Below are positions 20,913 through 30,580 of a stretch of DNA of 64,000 bases, piece after piece (positions within the stretch are counted from its first letter, which is position 1; every line of letters starts with the position of its first letter). The DNA is from an uncultured Acetatifactor sp. Lineage in GTDB: Bacteria > Bacillota > Clostridia > Lachnospirales > Lachnospiraceae. The position numbers and the translations under genes are program-made. The notes under the pieces are model-generated. The model had not been told where the DNA came from. It did no database searches and was given only the letters and a program-made list of their open reading frames with translations. The stretch covers positions 3,391-67,390 of the forward strand of contig CAZAMX010000001.1 of assembly GCA_964486095.1 (NCBI GenBank), read 5' to 3'.

Positions 20913-23075
20913 ATGGCGGAGGGGTACATTTTGAGAGACAGAAAAGAGGCAAGAAAAAAAGCGCATGAGCTGGTCAGCCGCATGACCCTGGAGGAAAAAG
21001 CTTCCCAGTTAAGGTATGACGCGCCTGCAATTCCAAGGCTTGATATACCTGCCTACAACTGGTGGAACGAGGGACTGCACGGTGTGGCAAGAGCCGGGGT
21101 AGCCACCAGCTTTCCGCAGGCCATCGGTATGGCGGCTTCCTTTGACCGGGACCTGCTGGAAAAGGCCGGCAGAATCGTGGCCGTGGAAGGCCGGGCCAAA
21201 TATAATTCCAGCAGCAGTCAGGGAGACCGGGATATTTATAAGGGACTTACCTTTTGGTCTCCTAACGTAAATATTTTCAGAGATCCCAGATGGGGCCGCG
21301 GACACGAGACCTACGGGGAGGATCCTTATCTTTCCGGCGAACTGGGAAAGGCTTTTGTAAACGGGCTGCAGGGAGACGGAGAGTATCTGACGGCGGCCGC
21401 CTGTGCCAAACATTTTGCGGTGCATTCCGGACCGGAAGCCCTGCGGCATGAATTTGATGCAAAAGTATCAAAGAAAGATTTGCGAGAGACCTATCTTCCC
21501 GCGTTCGAGAAGCTGGTGAAGGAAGCAGAGGTCGAGGCGGTGATGGGGGCCTATAACAGGACCAATGGAGAACCCTGCTGCGGAAGCAAGACGCTGATGC
21601 AGGATATATTGAGGGATGAATGGGGATTTCAGGGGCATTATGTGTCCGACTGCTGGGCCATCCGGGATTTCCATACTCATCATATGGTGACGGATACTGC
21701 GGAGGAATCTGCAGCCCTGGCATTAAAGACAGGCTGTGACGTCAACTGTGGCAATACCTATCTGCATTTAATGAAAGCGTATCAGGAAGGACTGGTTACG
21801 GAGGAGGAGATTACCCTGGCAGCGGAGCGGCTCTTTACCACCAGGTTCCTGCTGGGACTCTTTGAAGAGACGGAGTATGACGGGATCGGATTTGACAGGC
21901 TGGAATGCGCGGAGCATTTGCAGGCGGCAGACCTGGCCACCGCGGAGAGCGTGGTATTGTTAAAAAATAACGGTATTCTGCCCCTGAAGCGGGAGAGCTT
22001 AAAGGCAATCGGTGTGATTGGCCCCAATGCCAACAGCAGGGCGGCCCTTGTGGGAAATTACCATGGCACTTCTTCCAGATACATTACGGTACTGGAGGGA
22101 ATTCAGGATCTGGCGGGAGAGAACACCAGGATTTATTATTCCGAAGGGTGTCATTTATACCAGGAAAAGGTGGAAGGCCTGGCATGGAGGCAGGATCGGA
22201 TCAGCGAGGCCGTGAACGTGGCTGAAAACAGTGATGTAGTGATCCTCTGTCTGGGACTTGACGAGACGCTGGAGGGCGAGGAAGGGGATACGGGAAACAG
22301 CTATGCTTCCGGCGATAAAGTGGATCTGCTTCTGCCCCAGTCTCAGCGTGAGCTGGCCGAGGCGGTAGTCGCTGTGGGGAAACCGGTGATTATGCTCAAC
22401 ATGACCGGCAGTGCCATGGACCTGCGGTATATGCAGGAACACGCGGACGCGGTGGTGCAGGTATGGTATCCGGGCGCCAGAGGAGGAAGGACGGTGGCAA
22501 AGATTCTGTTCGGAGAAATTTCGCCTTCCGGTAAGCTGCCGATAACCTTCTATAACAGTACGGAAGAGCTGCCTGATTTTGAGGATTATTCCATGAAGGG
22601 CAGGACTTACCGTTATTTTGAGGGGAAGCCCCTGTATCCCTTCGGCTATGGTCTTACCTACGGTAATGTGTGCGTAGAACAGGTGAGCTGCTGCGGCCGG
22701 ACATTCCACGGAGAAGACGGCAATGAGGCGGAGTGGGACAAATCAGATAAATTGACTGTTGCAGTCAAACTGAAAAATGCAGGTTCGACGGATACCGGTG
22801 AGGTAGTTCAGGTATATATTAAGGATCTGGATTCACCTCATGCACCGGCACATCCGAAGCTTTGCGCCTTTTCCAGGATATTTTTAACCGCGTCGGAAAG
22901 CGGAGAGGTAAGTCTGGAGCTGGATAAGGACGCCTTCACCGTGGTAAATGAAGAGGGGGAAAAGGCGGAAGAAGGGCATCATTTCCTGGTGAGTGTGGGC
23001 CTTGGACAGCCTGATGAGCGGACCAGGGAGCTGACGGGAAAGAGCAGTATTGTCTTTACCATCATAAAAAAGTAA
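20913..23075 (+). CDS. GH3 beta-xylosidase/beta-glucosidase
   Basis: WWNEGLHG, WSPNVNIFRDPRWGRGHETYGEDP, KHF, VSDC, PFGYGL, Fn3-like tail; true start may be TTG 20931 (GGAGG RBS). Confidence 0.93.
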   Translation: MAEGYILRDRKEARKKAHELVSRMTLEEKASQLRYDAPAIPRLDIPAYNWWNEGLHGVARAGVATSFPQAIGMAASFDRDLLEKAGRIVAVEGRAKYNSSSSQGDRDIYKGLTFWSPNVNIFRDPRWGRGHETYGEDPYLSGELGKAFVNGLQGDGEYLTAAACAKHFAVHSGPEALRHEFDAKVSKKDLRETYLPAFEKLVKEAEVEAVMGAYNRTNGEPCCGSKTLMQDILRDEWGFQGHYVSDCWAIRDFHTHHMVTDTAEESAALALKTGCDVNCGNTYLHLMKAYQEGLVTEEEITLAAERLFTTRFLLGLFEETEYDGIGFDRLECAEHLQAADLATAESVVLLKNNGILPLKRESLKAIGVIGPNANSRAALVGNYHGTSSRYITVLEGIQDLAGENTRIYYSEGCHLYQEKVEGLAWRQDRISEAVNVAENSDVVILCLGLDETLEGEEGDTGNSYASGDKVDLLLPQSQRELAEAVVAVGKPVIMLNMTGSAMDLRYMQEHADAVVQVWYPGARGGRTVAKILFGEISPSGKLPITFYNSTEELPDFEDYSMKGRTYRYFEGKPLYPFGYGLTYGNVCVEQVSCCGRTFHGEDGNEAEWDKSDKLTVAVKLKNAGSTDTGEVVQVYIKDLDSPHAPAHPKLCAFSRIFLTASESGEVSLELDKDAFTVVNEEGEKAEEGHHFLVSVGLGQPDERTRELTGKSSIVFTIIKK

Positions 23076-23088
23076 ATTCTTAGTTGGG

Positions 23089-23143
23089 AAAAGGGCCGAA
23101 AACACGCGAAGCCGCAGCAGCGGTACGTGTTTTCGGCCTTTTG
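23089..23143 (+). terminator. Intrinsic terminator after the GH operon
   Basis: AAGGGCCGAAAACACG...CGTGTTTTCGGCCTTTT stem. Confidence 0.7.
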
Positions 23144-23217
23144 AAAGTATGGACGATTGGACATAAATGAGGTAAGATAGAGACAGCTGCAGAATGGAGG
23201 TAGGGAGGATTTTAAGC

Positions 23218-26200
23218 ATGGACTGTCTGAAACTGTTTGACGCAAAAACCGCGGAGTGGTTCCGAGAGACGCTTGGGGAACCCACACCCGTGCAGGAAGC
23301 GGCATGGCCGGCCATTGCGGCGGGAGGACATGTACTGGTGTCCGCTCCCACGGGTACGGGTAAAACCCTCTCTGCCTTTCTGGTTTTTTTGGACAGGCTT
23401 AAAGTTAAGGCAGTGGCGGGAGAATTGAAGGAAGAGCTTCAGCTGATCTATGTCTCTCCCCTAAAATCTCTGGCTTCGGACATTCGGGAAAATCTGCGGA
23501 AGCCCCTGACAGGTATCGGCGGAGAAGAACTGGTGACAGTAGCGGTCCGTACCGGGGATACCACGAGCCGGGAGAGGCAGCAGATGATAAAAAGACCGCC
23601 CCATATTCTGATTATTACCCCGGAATCTCTCTATTTGATGCTCACCGGGAAAAACGGACAAAATGTCCTTGCCACTGCGCAAACGGTGATTGTGGATGAG
23701 CTCCACGCCTTGATCGACACCAAGCGGGGAGCCCATTTGATGCTGTCCCTGGCCAGGCTGGATCAATTGTGCGGCAGGTCGCTGCAGCGGGTGGGGCTGT
23801 CCGCTACCCTTGCTCCGCTGTCTCGGGCAGCCCGCTATCTGGCGCCGGAGACGGTGACGGTGGCGGCTCCGGCGATGGAAAAAAAGATGCGTCTGCTTAC
23901 CTTAAGCCCCTATGTTGACGGCAGTAAGCCCAAAAGGGATCCTGTGTGGCAGGAGCTTTCCGGGCTGGTCTACCGGTACTGTCAGGGGAACAGGAGCGTA
24001 GTGGCCTTTGTGGAGGGCAGAAGGTACGCGGAAAAGCTGGCATATTATGTAAATCAGCTGGGGGGAGAGGGATTTGCCAGGGTTCATCACGGAAGCCTCT
24101 CCAAGGAACAGCGGCAGGAGGTGGAGCAGTCCCTGCGGGAAGGAAAGCTGAGGCTGCTTTGTGCCACATCATCCATGGAGCTGGGGATCGACGTGGGGGA
24201 GATTGACCAGGTATTGCAGGTGGGCTGTCCCCGCAGCATCTCCGGCACCATGCAGAGGCTGGGCCGGGCAGGGCACAATCCTTCCCGCACCAGCGTTATG
24301 TATCTGTTCCCAAGAACGGCGGCGGAGTGTGTCCAGTGCGGTATGACGGCCAGACTGGCCCGGGAAGGGCGTGTGGAGAAGATCAATCCTCCGGAAGGCT
24401 GCCTGGACGTGCTGGCTCAGCACCTGGTATCCATGGCGGCGTTTAAAAGCTATGATTTGGAAGAGGTCATGGAAATCCTGCCCAGAGCATGGCCTTTCCG
24501 CCATGTGACAAAGGAGGATGTGAAGTCTCTGCTTTGTATGCTGGCAGGAGATTATGAACACAGCAGGGATATTCCGGTCCGTCCCAGAGTCCTTTATGAC
24601 AGGATTCATGAAAGGGTGGAGGGAGACGGTTACAGCAGGATGCTGGCCGTCTCCGGAGGCGGCACCATTCCCGACAAGGGTCTTTATGCGGTGAGGACGG
24701 AGGAGGGCGTAAAGGTGGGGGAGGCGGATGAAGAGTTCGTTTATGAAACCCGACTGGGGGACCGCTTTCTTCTGGGGGCCTTCGGCTGGAAGGTGACCAA
24801 GATCGGCAGGGATACGGTAACGGTGACCCAAACTTCAGCCGAGGGAGCCAGGATTCCCTTCTGGAAGGGGGAGTTAAAAGGCAGGAGTCCGGAGACGGGT
24901 ACTCTTTTCGGACAAATTTTTCATGAGCTGCAGGAGGCTTCGGAACATGGGAGGCTGGAAGAGGCCCTGGAAGAGCTTGGACTGGATGAGGCGGCGTCCC
25001 GGCTGGGAGCAGGGTACCTGCGCAGACAGATGGAGGCCACGGGGGGCCTGCCGGATCATAAAACTATTATTGCAGAGCATTTCAGGGATCAGTCAGGAAA
25101 CAGTCAGCTGATGATTCATTCCGTCTTTGGCCGGCGGGTCAACGGCCCGCTGGCGCTGCTGGCCGCCAGGGCGGCAGGAGAAGAAATGGAGCAGGAGGTA
25201 GACAGTGTGGACGAAGAGGACGGTTTCCTGATCTATTCTTACGGAGACAAGCCTCTGCCGGAAAGACTGCTGGAGCGGCTGGACCCGGAGGCGGCCCTGC
25301 CGGTACTGTCCGCCATGCTTCCCGAAACGCCTCTCTTTAACATGGCTTTTCGCTATAACTGCGGCCGAGCGCTGATGATGGGGGTGAAAGGAAACGGAAG
25401 GCATCCCTTGTGGATGCAGCGGCTTAGAAGCTCTGAGATGTTAAGCCGGGTGGTGAGCGAGCCGGATCATCCTCTGATCCGGGAGACCAGGCAGGAATGT
25501 ATGAAGCAGCTTTGGGATGTGGAGGGAGTCCGGGACCTGCTTCGCCAGATCCGTTCGGGGGAGATTCTGGTGCGGGAGGTTTATACGGAAACGCCTTCTC
25601 CCATGTCACTGCCCCTGCAGTGGAGCCAGGAGGCGGCTGTCATGTATGACTATGCCCCTACGCCCCGGGCGATTCACCGGGCGGTGGAGGATGCCCTGAA
25701 AGGAAAGTATGCGCTGAATGCAGAGCGGAGCCTTCTGCCGCCGGGCGAGGCGGAGCTTTTTCAGGTACAGGCCAGGGAAAAGCTGCCGGGGGATAAGAAA
25801 CAGCTGCATTCTCTTTTAATGACCGAGGGGGACCTGGCTGCCGGAGAATTGGAGATTCCGGTGGAATGGCTGGAAGAGCTGGCGCAGGAAGGGCGGGCCC
25901 TTTACCTGGAACAGGGACTGTGGATTGCCGCCGAGCAGCGGGAGGAATATGAGGCAATGCTTGGAGCGTGCGGCGAAGAGGCCTGGGCGGAAAGGGCTGT
26001 GCCTGTCATCCGCAGGATGCTGCGTTACCGGGGAGGCGCTACTGCCAGGGAGACAGCCTGCCGTTACGGACTTGAAGAGGAAGCGGTCCGCCGGGTGCTG
26101 GAAGAGCTGTGCCGCAGGGAAGAAGCCGTAAAACAGGAAAAGGCCAAACTGTTGGAAGAGGCGGCAGAGTCGGAAAAAGCGGACGAGCCCCGATACTACC

Positions 26201-27414
26201 ATGCCGAATTATACAAGCGGGCCCGGACCAGGACCCTGAAAAACCGCAGGGAAGAAATTGCCACCTGTCCGCCCAGTGCTTATGCGGCGCTTATTTTTTC
26301 ACGGATCAGGCGGGCGGCGTCCCCGGAGGAATGCGTAAAAATGGCCGCGGTGTCCTTTGCCGGGATGGAGCTGCCGGCAGGCGTATGGGAAGAGATTTTG
26401 CTGCCGGCCAGGGTGAAAAATTACAGAGAAGCGCTTTTGGACGGATTTTTAGCCCGGGGAGAATATTTCTGGCAGATGAGCGAGGGCGGGAAACTGAAAA
26501 TTTTCCCCGGAGAGCAGATTGACTGGGACTGTGAACCGCAGGTGCCCTGGGATTTTTTGACGGATCAGGAAAGAATAGTGGCGGAAGCGCTTTTAAAGCG
26601 GGGAGCCAGTTTTGCCCAGGCGTTAAGCGGTGTGCTTTCAGGAGAATCCCCCTTGGATACGCTGCTTCTGCTGATGGAAAAGGGAGTGGTAAGGGCGGAC
26701 AGTTTTGTGCCGGTTCGTCAGTGGATGAACCGGGAGAAAATAAGCAGGGCCCCGGCCAGGCAGCGAGTGGGTGCCAGAGTAAAGGCGCTGCAGGCAGGAC
26801 GCTGGGATTTGGTGCGTCCTCTGCGCCCGTGGTCTTTGCAGGAGCAGATGGATGTCTGTTTTGACAGGTATTTTATTCTCTGCCGGGAGACGGCAGCAGC
26901 CTGTGGACTGTCCTGGCAGGAGGCGCTTGCGCTCCTGCGGGTGCAGGAATATACGGGACAGGTAAGGCGGGGATATTTTGTAAGAGGTCTCTCGGGGGCC
27001 CAGTTTATCCGCAGCCGGGATTTTGAGAGTGTGACGGCTGCCCTTCGGCGCCCTGCCGGAGAAATACTTTGGCTGAATGCGGCGGACCCGGGTCAGCTTT
27101 ATGGCAAGGTGATTGCCCATGAGCCGGGCCGGGCGTTCGTCAATGTGCCGGGAACGGCAGTATGCTTTTGGGGTGGTGAGCCTGTGGCGCTGTTTGAGCG
27201 GCAGGGCAAAACCTTGAGGATATTTAACTCTCAGGATCTTGATGCGAACGGGACGGAAGAAATGATAAAATTATTTGTCCGGGATTTTAAGGATCGCAGA
27301 ATCTTTACGGGCAAAAAACGGATTGTGGTGAAAGAATATCCGCCCGAAGCAGAGGCGGCCTTGGAAAAGAGCGGTTTTATTCGGGAAATGCAGGATTATG
27401 TCTTATATTACTAA
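23218..27414 (+). CDS. lhr: Lhr-family ATP-dependent DEAD/H helicase
   Basis: APTGTGKT, SPLKSLA, RTGDT, ITPESL, DELH, GLSAT, HHGSLS, TSSMELGID, QRLGRAGH, GGTIPD, C-terminal RRGYFV..LSGAQF and AADP. Confidence 0.9.
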   Translation: MDCLKLFDAKTAEWFRETLGEPTPVQEAAWPAIAAGGHVLVSAPTGTGKTLSAFLVFLDRLKVKAVAGELKEELQLIYVSPLKSLASDIRENLRKPLTGIGGEELVTVAVRTGDTTSRERQQMIKRPPHILIITPESLYLMLTGKNGQNVLATAQTVIVDELHALIDTKRGAHLMLSLARLDQLCGRSLQRVGLSATLAPLSRAARYLAPETVTVAAPAMEKKMRLLTLSPYVDGSKPKRDPVWQELSGLVYRYCQGNRSVVAFVEGRRYAEKLAYYVNQLGGEGFARVHHGSLSKEQRQEVEQSLREGKLRLLCATSSMELGIDVGEIDQVLQVGCPRSISGTMQRLGRAGHNPSRTSVMYLFPRTAAECVQCGMTARLAREGRVEKINPPEGCLDVLAQHLVSMAAFKSYDLEEVMEILPRAWPFRHVTKEDVKSLLCMLAGDYEHSRDIPVRPRVLYDRIHERVEGDGYSRMLAVSGGGTIPDKGLYAVRTEEGVKVGEADEEFVYETRLGDRFLLGAFGWKVTKIGRDTVTVTQTSAEGARIPFWKGELKGRSPETGTLFGQIFHELQEASEHGRLEEALEELGLDEAASRLGAGYLRRQMEATGGLPDHKTIIAEHFRDQSGNSQLMIHSVFGRRVNGPLALLAARAAGEEMEQEVDSVDEEDGFLIYSYGDKPLPERLLERLDPEAALPVLSAMLPETPLFNMAFRYNCGRALMMGVKGNGRHPLWMQRLRSSEMLSRVVSEPDHPLIRETRQECMKQLWDVEGVRDLLRQIRSGEILVREVYTETPSPMSLPLQWSQEAAVMYDYAPTPRAIHRAVEDALKGKYALNAERSLLPPGEAELFQVQAREKLPGDKKQLHSLLMTEGDLAAGELEIPVEWLEELAQEGRALYLEQGLWIAAEQREEYEAMLGACGEEAWAERAVPVIRRMLRYRGGATARETACRYGLEEEAVRRVLEELCRREEAVKQEKAKLLEEAAESEKADEPRYYHAELYKRARTRTLKNRREEIATCPPSAYAALIFSRIRRAASPEECVKMAAVSFAGMELPAGVWEEILLPARVKNYREALLDGFLARGEYFWQMSEGGKLKIFPGEQIDWDCEPQVPWDFLTDQERIVAEALLKRGASFAQALSGVLSGESPLDTLLLLMEKGVVRADSFVPVRQWMNREKISRAPARQRVGARVKALQAGRWDLVRPLRPWSLQEQMDVCFDRYFILCRETAAACGLSWQEALALLRVQEYTGQVRRGYFVRGLSGAQFIRSRDFESVTAALRRPAGEILWLNAADPGQLYGKVIAHEPGRAFVNVPGTAVCFWGGEPVALFERQGKTLRIFNSQDLDANGTEEMIKLFVRDFKDRRIFTGKKRIVVKEYPPEAEAALEKSGFIREMQDYVLYY

Positions 27415-27440
27415 ACTCCCATGCAACCGACTGCACCATC

Positions 27441-27596
27441 ATGAGTCAAATACCCCGCAACAAGCTGACGGGGCATCAAACTTGATTCGCAGTAGAACTG
27501 CGGGGTATTCGACCCTCACGGCATTCGTCAAATGTGCATGCAAGCATGCCCACTTGACTCATTGCTCAGCGAGCAATGTTTGCTCGCGGGAATAAA
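27441..27596. repeat. Highly palindromic intergenic element (REP/MITE-like)
   Basis: Nested IRs: ATGAGTCAA 27441/TTGACTCAT 27554; AATACCCCGCA 27449/TGCGGGGTATT 27499; GCATGCAAGCATGC; CATTGCTC..GAGCAATG. Confidence 0.6.
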
Positions 27597-27737
27597 AGTC
27601 TGAGAGTTTAGTTGATGCACACAAACCGTAAAGGGATGGATCTTTTACAGCAAAAGACGGGAAGAGCAGAAAAACGGCGGAAAACATTAAGGCAAGAGTA
27701 TAGAGCAGGAAGAGTAGAGCGGAAAGAGGGTGAGGGC

Positions 27738-28316
27738 ATGGAAAAGGGGGCAATGGACAAAGATTTTCGGCAGGCGTTGTCCGATTTTTCTTTTGAGGCG
27801 GCATGCGGAGGGGCCATTCGCCATCTGACGGACCTGGGGTTTACGGTAAAGCAGATGGAAGAGCGGCTGGATTTCCCGGTGTCCGCTGAAAGGATCAGAG
27901 AGGCAGTGTGGAAGCATCTGGCGGATACGGGGGTGGTCTGCCTGGAGGACCCGCGCCCATTGTCCTCCGCGGCAGATTGTGCGGCGGCTCTCGGCGCGCC
28001 GGGAGGCATGAGGATAAATTATGTCCGGGAATATGACAGCTACGGCAGAGCCAGCTTTCGGCGTGTGGCGGAGGCGGATAACCGGCGTGTGGCAGGGGGA
28101 GTTTATCTGGTCTGTGAGTTTGGAAGCCTGCGAGATAAAGATCCCGAGAAATACAGGCAGATACTTGCCCTGTTGGATACAAGGCAGGCGGAGTACATAG
28201 CGGGGCTGCCCTGGCCCCGGGGCAAGGTCTGGCACAGGGCGGATGAGCGTATGCTGGAGATATTTAAGCGTATTCGGGAGGCGGGACTGGAGCAGGGAGT
28301 ATGCAGCCTGCAATGA
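27738..28316 (+). CDS. Hypothetical protein
   Basis: Open frame with protein-like sequence (FRQALSDF..EAACGGAIRHLTDLG, YIAGLPWP); start may be 27738 or 27753. Confidence 0.65.
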   Translation: MEKGAMDKDFRQALSDFSFEAACGGAIRHLTDLGFTVKQMEERLDFPVSAERIREAVWKHLADTGVVCLEDPRPLSSAADCAAALGAPGGMRINYVREYDSYGRASFRRVAEADNRRVAGGVYLVCEFGSLRDKDPEKYRQILALLDTRQAEYIAGLPWPRGKVWHRADERMLEIFKRIREAGLEQGVCSLQ

Positions 28317-28347
28317 ATGGAAGCGGAAAACTGTTTACAAAATCAGA

Positions 28348-28376
28348 TTGACAGCTTGAACTTGACTGTGTACAAT
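28348..28376 (+). promoter_or_regulatory. sigmaA promoter for rpn-like gene
   Basis: TTGACA-N17-TACAAT with TG extension. Confidence 0.7.
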
Positions 28377-28521
28377 TATCTTAAGAAAAATCTATGTGAA
28401 ATCAAACGTCCTGTTCGGGACATGACCGGCCTGTCCGGCTTCGGCGAATCAGCCATATTTCACAAGGAAAAATGAAAATGGCCGGAGCGTTTTCGCCCGC
28501 CGGGAAGGATAAGGGGATGGT

Positions 28522-29502
28522 ATGCCCAAAAGGACAAAAGATTATGATGATGTTTTTAAGACCCTGAAGATGAAGCACAAGAGGTTATTTATTTCAGTCA
28601 TTAATGACGCCTTCGGGAAGCACTACCCGCCGGGGGCAAAAGTAGATGTGCTGCCTTCGGAGGGGTATTTGTCGGATGGCGAGACTGCCGCAGGGGACAG
28701 GAAAATTGAGGAATTGATTTCCGATTTTCTGATCCGGATTGAAGGGGAGGCATATCTTCTGGAGTGTCAGAGCTATGACGACGATTCCATGGCGATCCGG
28801 ATTTCGGAGTATACGTTTCTGGCTGCAAGGCAGCTTGCGGTCTGGGATATTGGTCATGCGGTTATTCCCATGCCGGGTTTTCTGGTCATTTATATCAAAG
28901 GAACAGCCAGAACGCCGAAAAAGACCACAGTCTCCTTTGTGTTTCCGGACGGACAAACAGTGGATTATGAGTCGAATAATGTTATTCTGGCAGAGCTTAC
29001 GAAAGAGGAAATCATCGAGAAACGTCTGTTTGCGTATATACCATTTTATATTGCCAGATATGAGAAGGAGATTGCCTCCGAGAGCGGTATCGGGCATGTG
29101 GAAAGGGATATGGAGTACCTTAAGCAGGAAATGCTTCGTCTGCATGAGGCCGGTGAGTTGTCGGATTATGAGCTGCTGGACCTTTGTGGATTTGTAAATA
29201 CAATTATTACACATATTGCGGACGGAAATAAGAATGAAGAAAGGCTGGTGCAGGTTATGGGCGGAACGGTTATGGAAACAGAGTCTGAGAGACTGCTGCG
29301 TGAGGGAATGGAGCAGGGACTCAGCCGGGGAATACAGCAAGGAATGGATCAGGGGCAGAACCGCATATTGACATTATATAATATTCTGCTGTCCGAAAAT
29401 CGGATGGAAGATATGAGGCGTGCTACCGAGGATGCTGATTATCGAAACCGGTTGTTTGAAGAACTTGACATTCCGGATCCGTCTGCGGCGCTTTTACAAT
29501 GA
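28522..29502 (+). CDS. Rpn/YhgA-like PD-(D/E)XK recombination-promoting nuclease family protein
   Basis: YDDVFK N-terminus, SDFLI..YLLECQS..DDSMAIRISEY core, C-terminal EG/QG repeats (EGMEQGLSRGIQQG). Confidence 0.78.
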   Translation: MPKRTKDYDDVFKTLKMKHKRLFISVINDAFGKHYPPGAKVDVLPSEGYLSDGETAAGDRKIEELISDFLIRIEGEAYLLECQSYDDDSMAIRISEYTFLAARQLAVWDIGHAVIPMPGFLVIYIKGTARTPKKTTVSFVFPDGQTVDYESNNVILAELTKEEIIEKRLFAYIPFYIARYEKEIASESGIGHVERDMEYLKQEMLRLHEAGELSDYELLDLCGFVNTIITHIADGNKNEERLVQVMGGTVMETESERLLREGMEQGLSRGIQQGMDQGQNRILTLYNILLSENRMEDMRRATEDADYRNRLFEELDIPDPSAALLQ

Positions 29503-29516
29503 GTGTCAGCAAAGGA

Positions 29517-29545
29517 TTGCTCTTTTGTCTGTTTCGGCGTATAAT
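29517..29545 (+). promoter_or_regulatory. sigmaA promoter
   Basis: TTGCTC-N17-TATAAT upstream of 29612. Confidence 0.45.
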
Positions 29546-29611
29546 ATAGGTTAACCAGGAGGACTTTTTAAGGCTGTAAGCATATTTTAAAGCAGAACTG
29601 GAGGTGAAGGT

Positions 29612-30490
29612 ATGGGAATTGGCAGTGTGAAAGCGCCGGAAGGCGCGGCGGTCAGGCAGAGCAGGGTGGCCGTACAAAACGCAGCGGCCAGGCAGAGTAC
29701 GGGAGCCAGTGAGCCGGATGTTGTCAGCAAAAATATCCAGGATGAAATTTCCGAAGTGCAGAGGCAGAAGCAGGGGCTTTCCTCAAAACAGGAAATGTCT
29801 GCCGAAGAGCGCTCCAAAGCAAAGCAGGAGCTTCAGCATGAATTAAGCAGTCTAAACACGCGCTTAAGGCAGCGCCAGGCTAAGATCAGCAGGGAACAGA
29901 AGAAAGAGGCACGTCTGGAAGAAATGTCTGCTCCGGATGCAGACAGGAGGAAGGACCGGGCCGAAACAGAAGAGGCCGGGAGGGCTGCACTTGAAAAAGC
30001 CGGGCCGGGCAGTGAGGCCGAGGAAAAGAATAACGAGGATAAAAGCACGGAGGTGAAAGGCGAGGAAGAAAAGGCAGGGAACCTCGGGGCGGCGGAAGGG
30101 AAAGCAGGGCAGGACAGGGAGGAAAAGCTCAATGATTTTGACATTCCTCAGGATAAAATGCAGACCATCGTGGCCGGCGGCTTTTCCAAAGAACAGGTGA
30201 ACCGCCGGGATGCAGTCATTGCCAGAATGGAAGGAGGCATCGTGATCCTGAAGGGAGAAATCCGTCAGGATGAGATACGCGGTGATGATACGGAGAAAAA
30301 GAAGGCAGAGCTGAAAGTGCGCGAGACCAGGGTGCGGAATGCGGCAAAGGGGCTTCCGGCGGTAAGCGTTCCTTTTGAAAAGGCGGACGTAGCCTTGCGG
30401 AAGGCTGGCAGAGCAAAAGCGGAAGCCGATAACGGTTTAAAGACCGGCATCGTCAAACGAAGTCCGGACGGGGTCGTCGTAATAACCTGA
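29612..30490 (+). CDS. FlxA-like family coiled-coil protein
   Basis: IQDEISEVQRQKQGLSSKQEMSAEERSKAKQELQHEL resembles the FlxA-like motif; GGAGGTG RBS. Confidence 0.6.
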   Translation: MGIGSVKAPEGAAVRQSRVAVQNAAARQSTGASEPDVVSKNIQDEISEVQRQKQGLSSKQEMSAEERSKAKQELQHELSSLNTRLRQRQAKISREQKKEARLEEMSAPDADRRKDRAETEEAGRAALEKAGPGSEAEEKNNEDKSTEVKGEEEKAGNLGAAEGKAGQDREEKLNDFDIPQDKMQTIVAGGFSKEQVNRRDAVIARMEGGIVILKGEIRQDEIRGDDTEKKKAELKVRETRVRNAAKGLPAVSVPFEKADVALRKAGRAKAEADNGLKTGIVKRSPDGVVVIT

Positions 30491-30522
30491 GGGGCTGTTA
30501 AAGCGTAAACGTAAAAAGGGAT

Positions 30523-30575
30523 ACCTCCAAAACAGACAGGGTAAAAGATTTTAAGACTGTTTTGGAGGTGTTTTT
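30523..30575 (+). terminator. Terminator-like hairpin overlapping the next RBS
   Basis: ACCTCCAAAACAG-N21-CTGTTTTGGAGGT followed by GTTTTT. Confidence 0.5.
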
Positions 30576-30580
30576 ATGAA

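Noticed and set aside
27398-27595. 65-aa ORF after lhr
   Set aside because: Translation of the palindromic repeat element; overlaps the lhr stop; no RBS.
29508-29545. AGCAA upstream of the FlxA-like gene as part of the xylan regulon
   Set aside because: Spacing to the -10 is 32 bp rather than 36, and a usable -35 (TTGCTC) is present.
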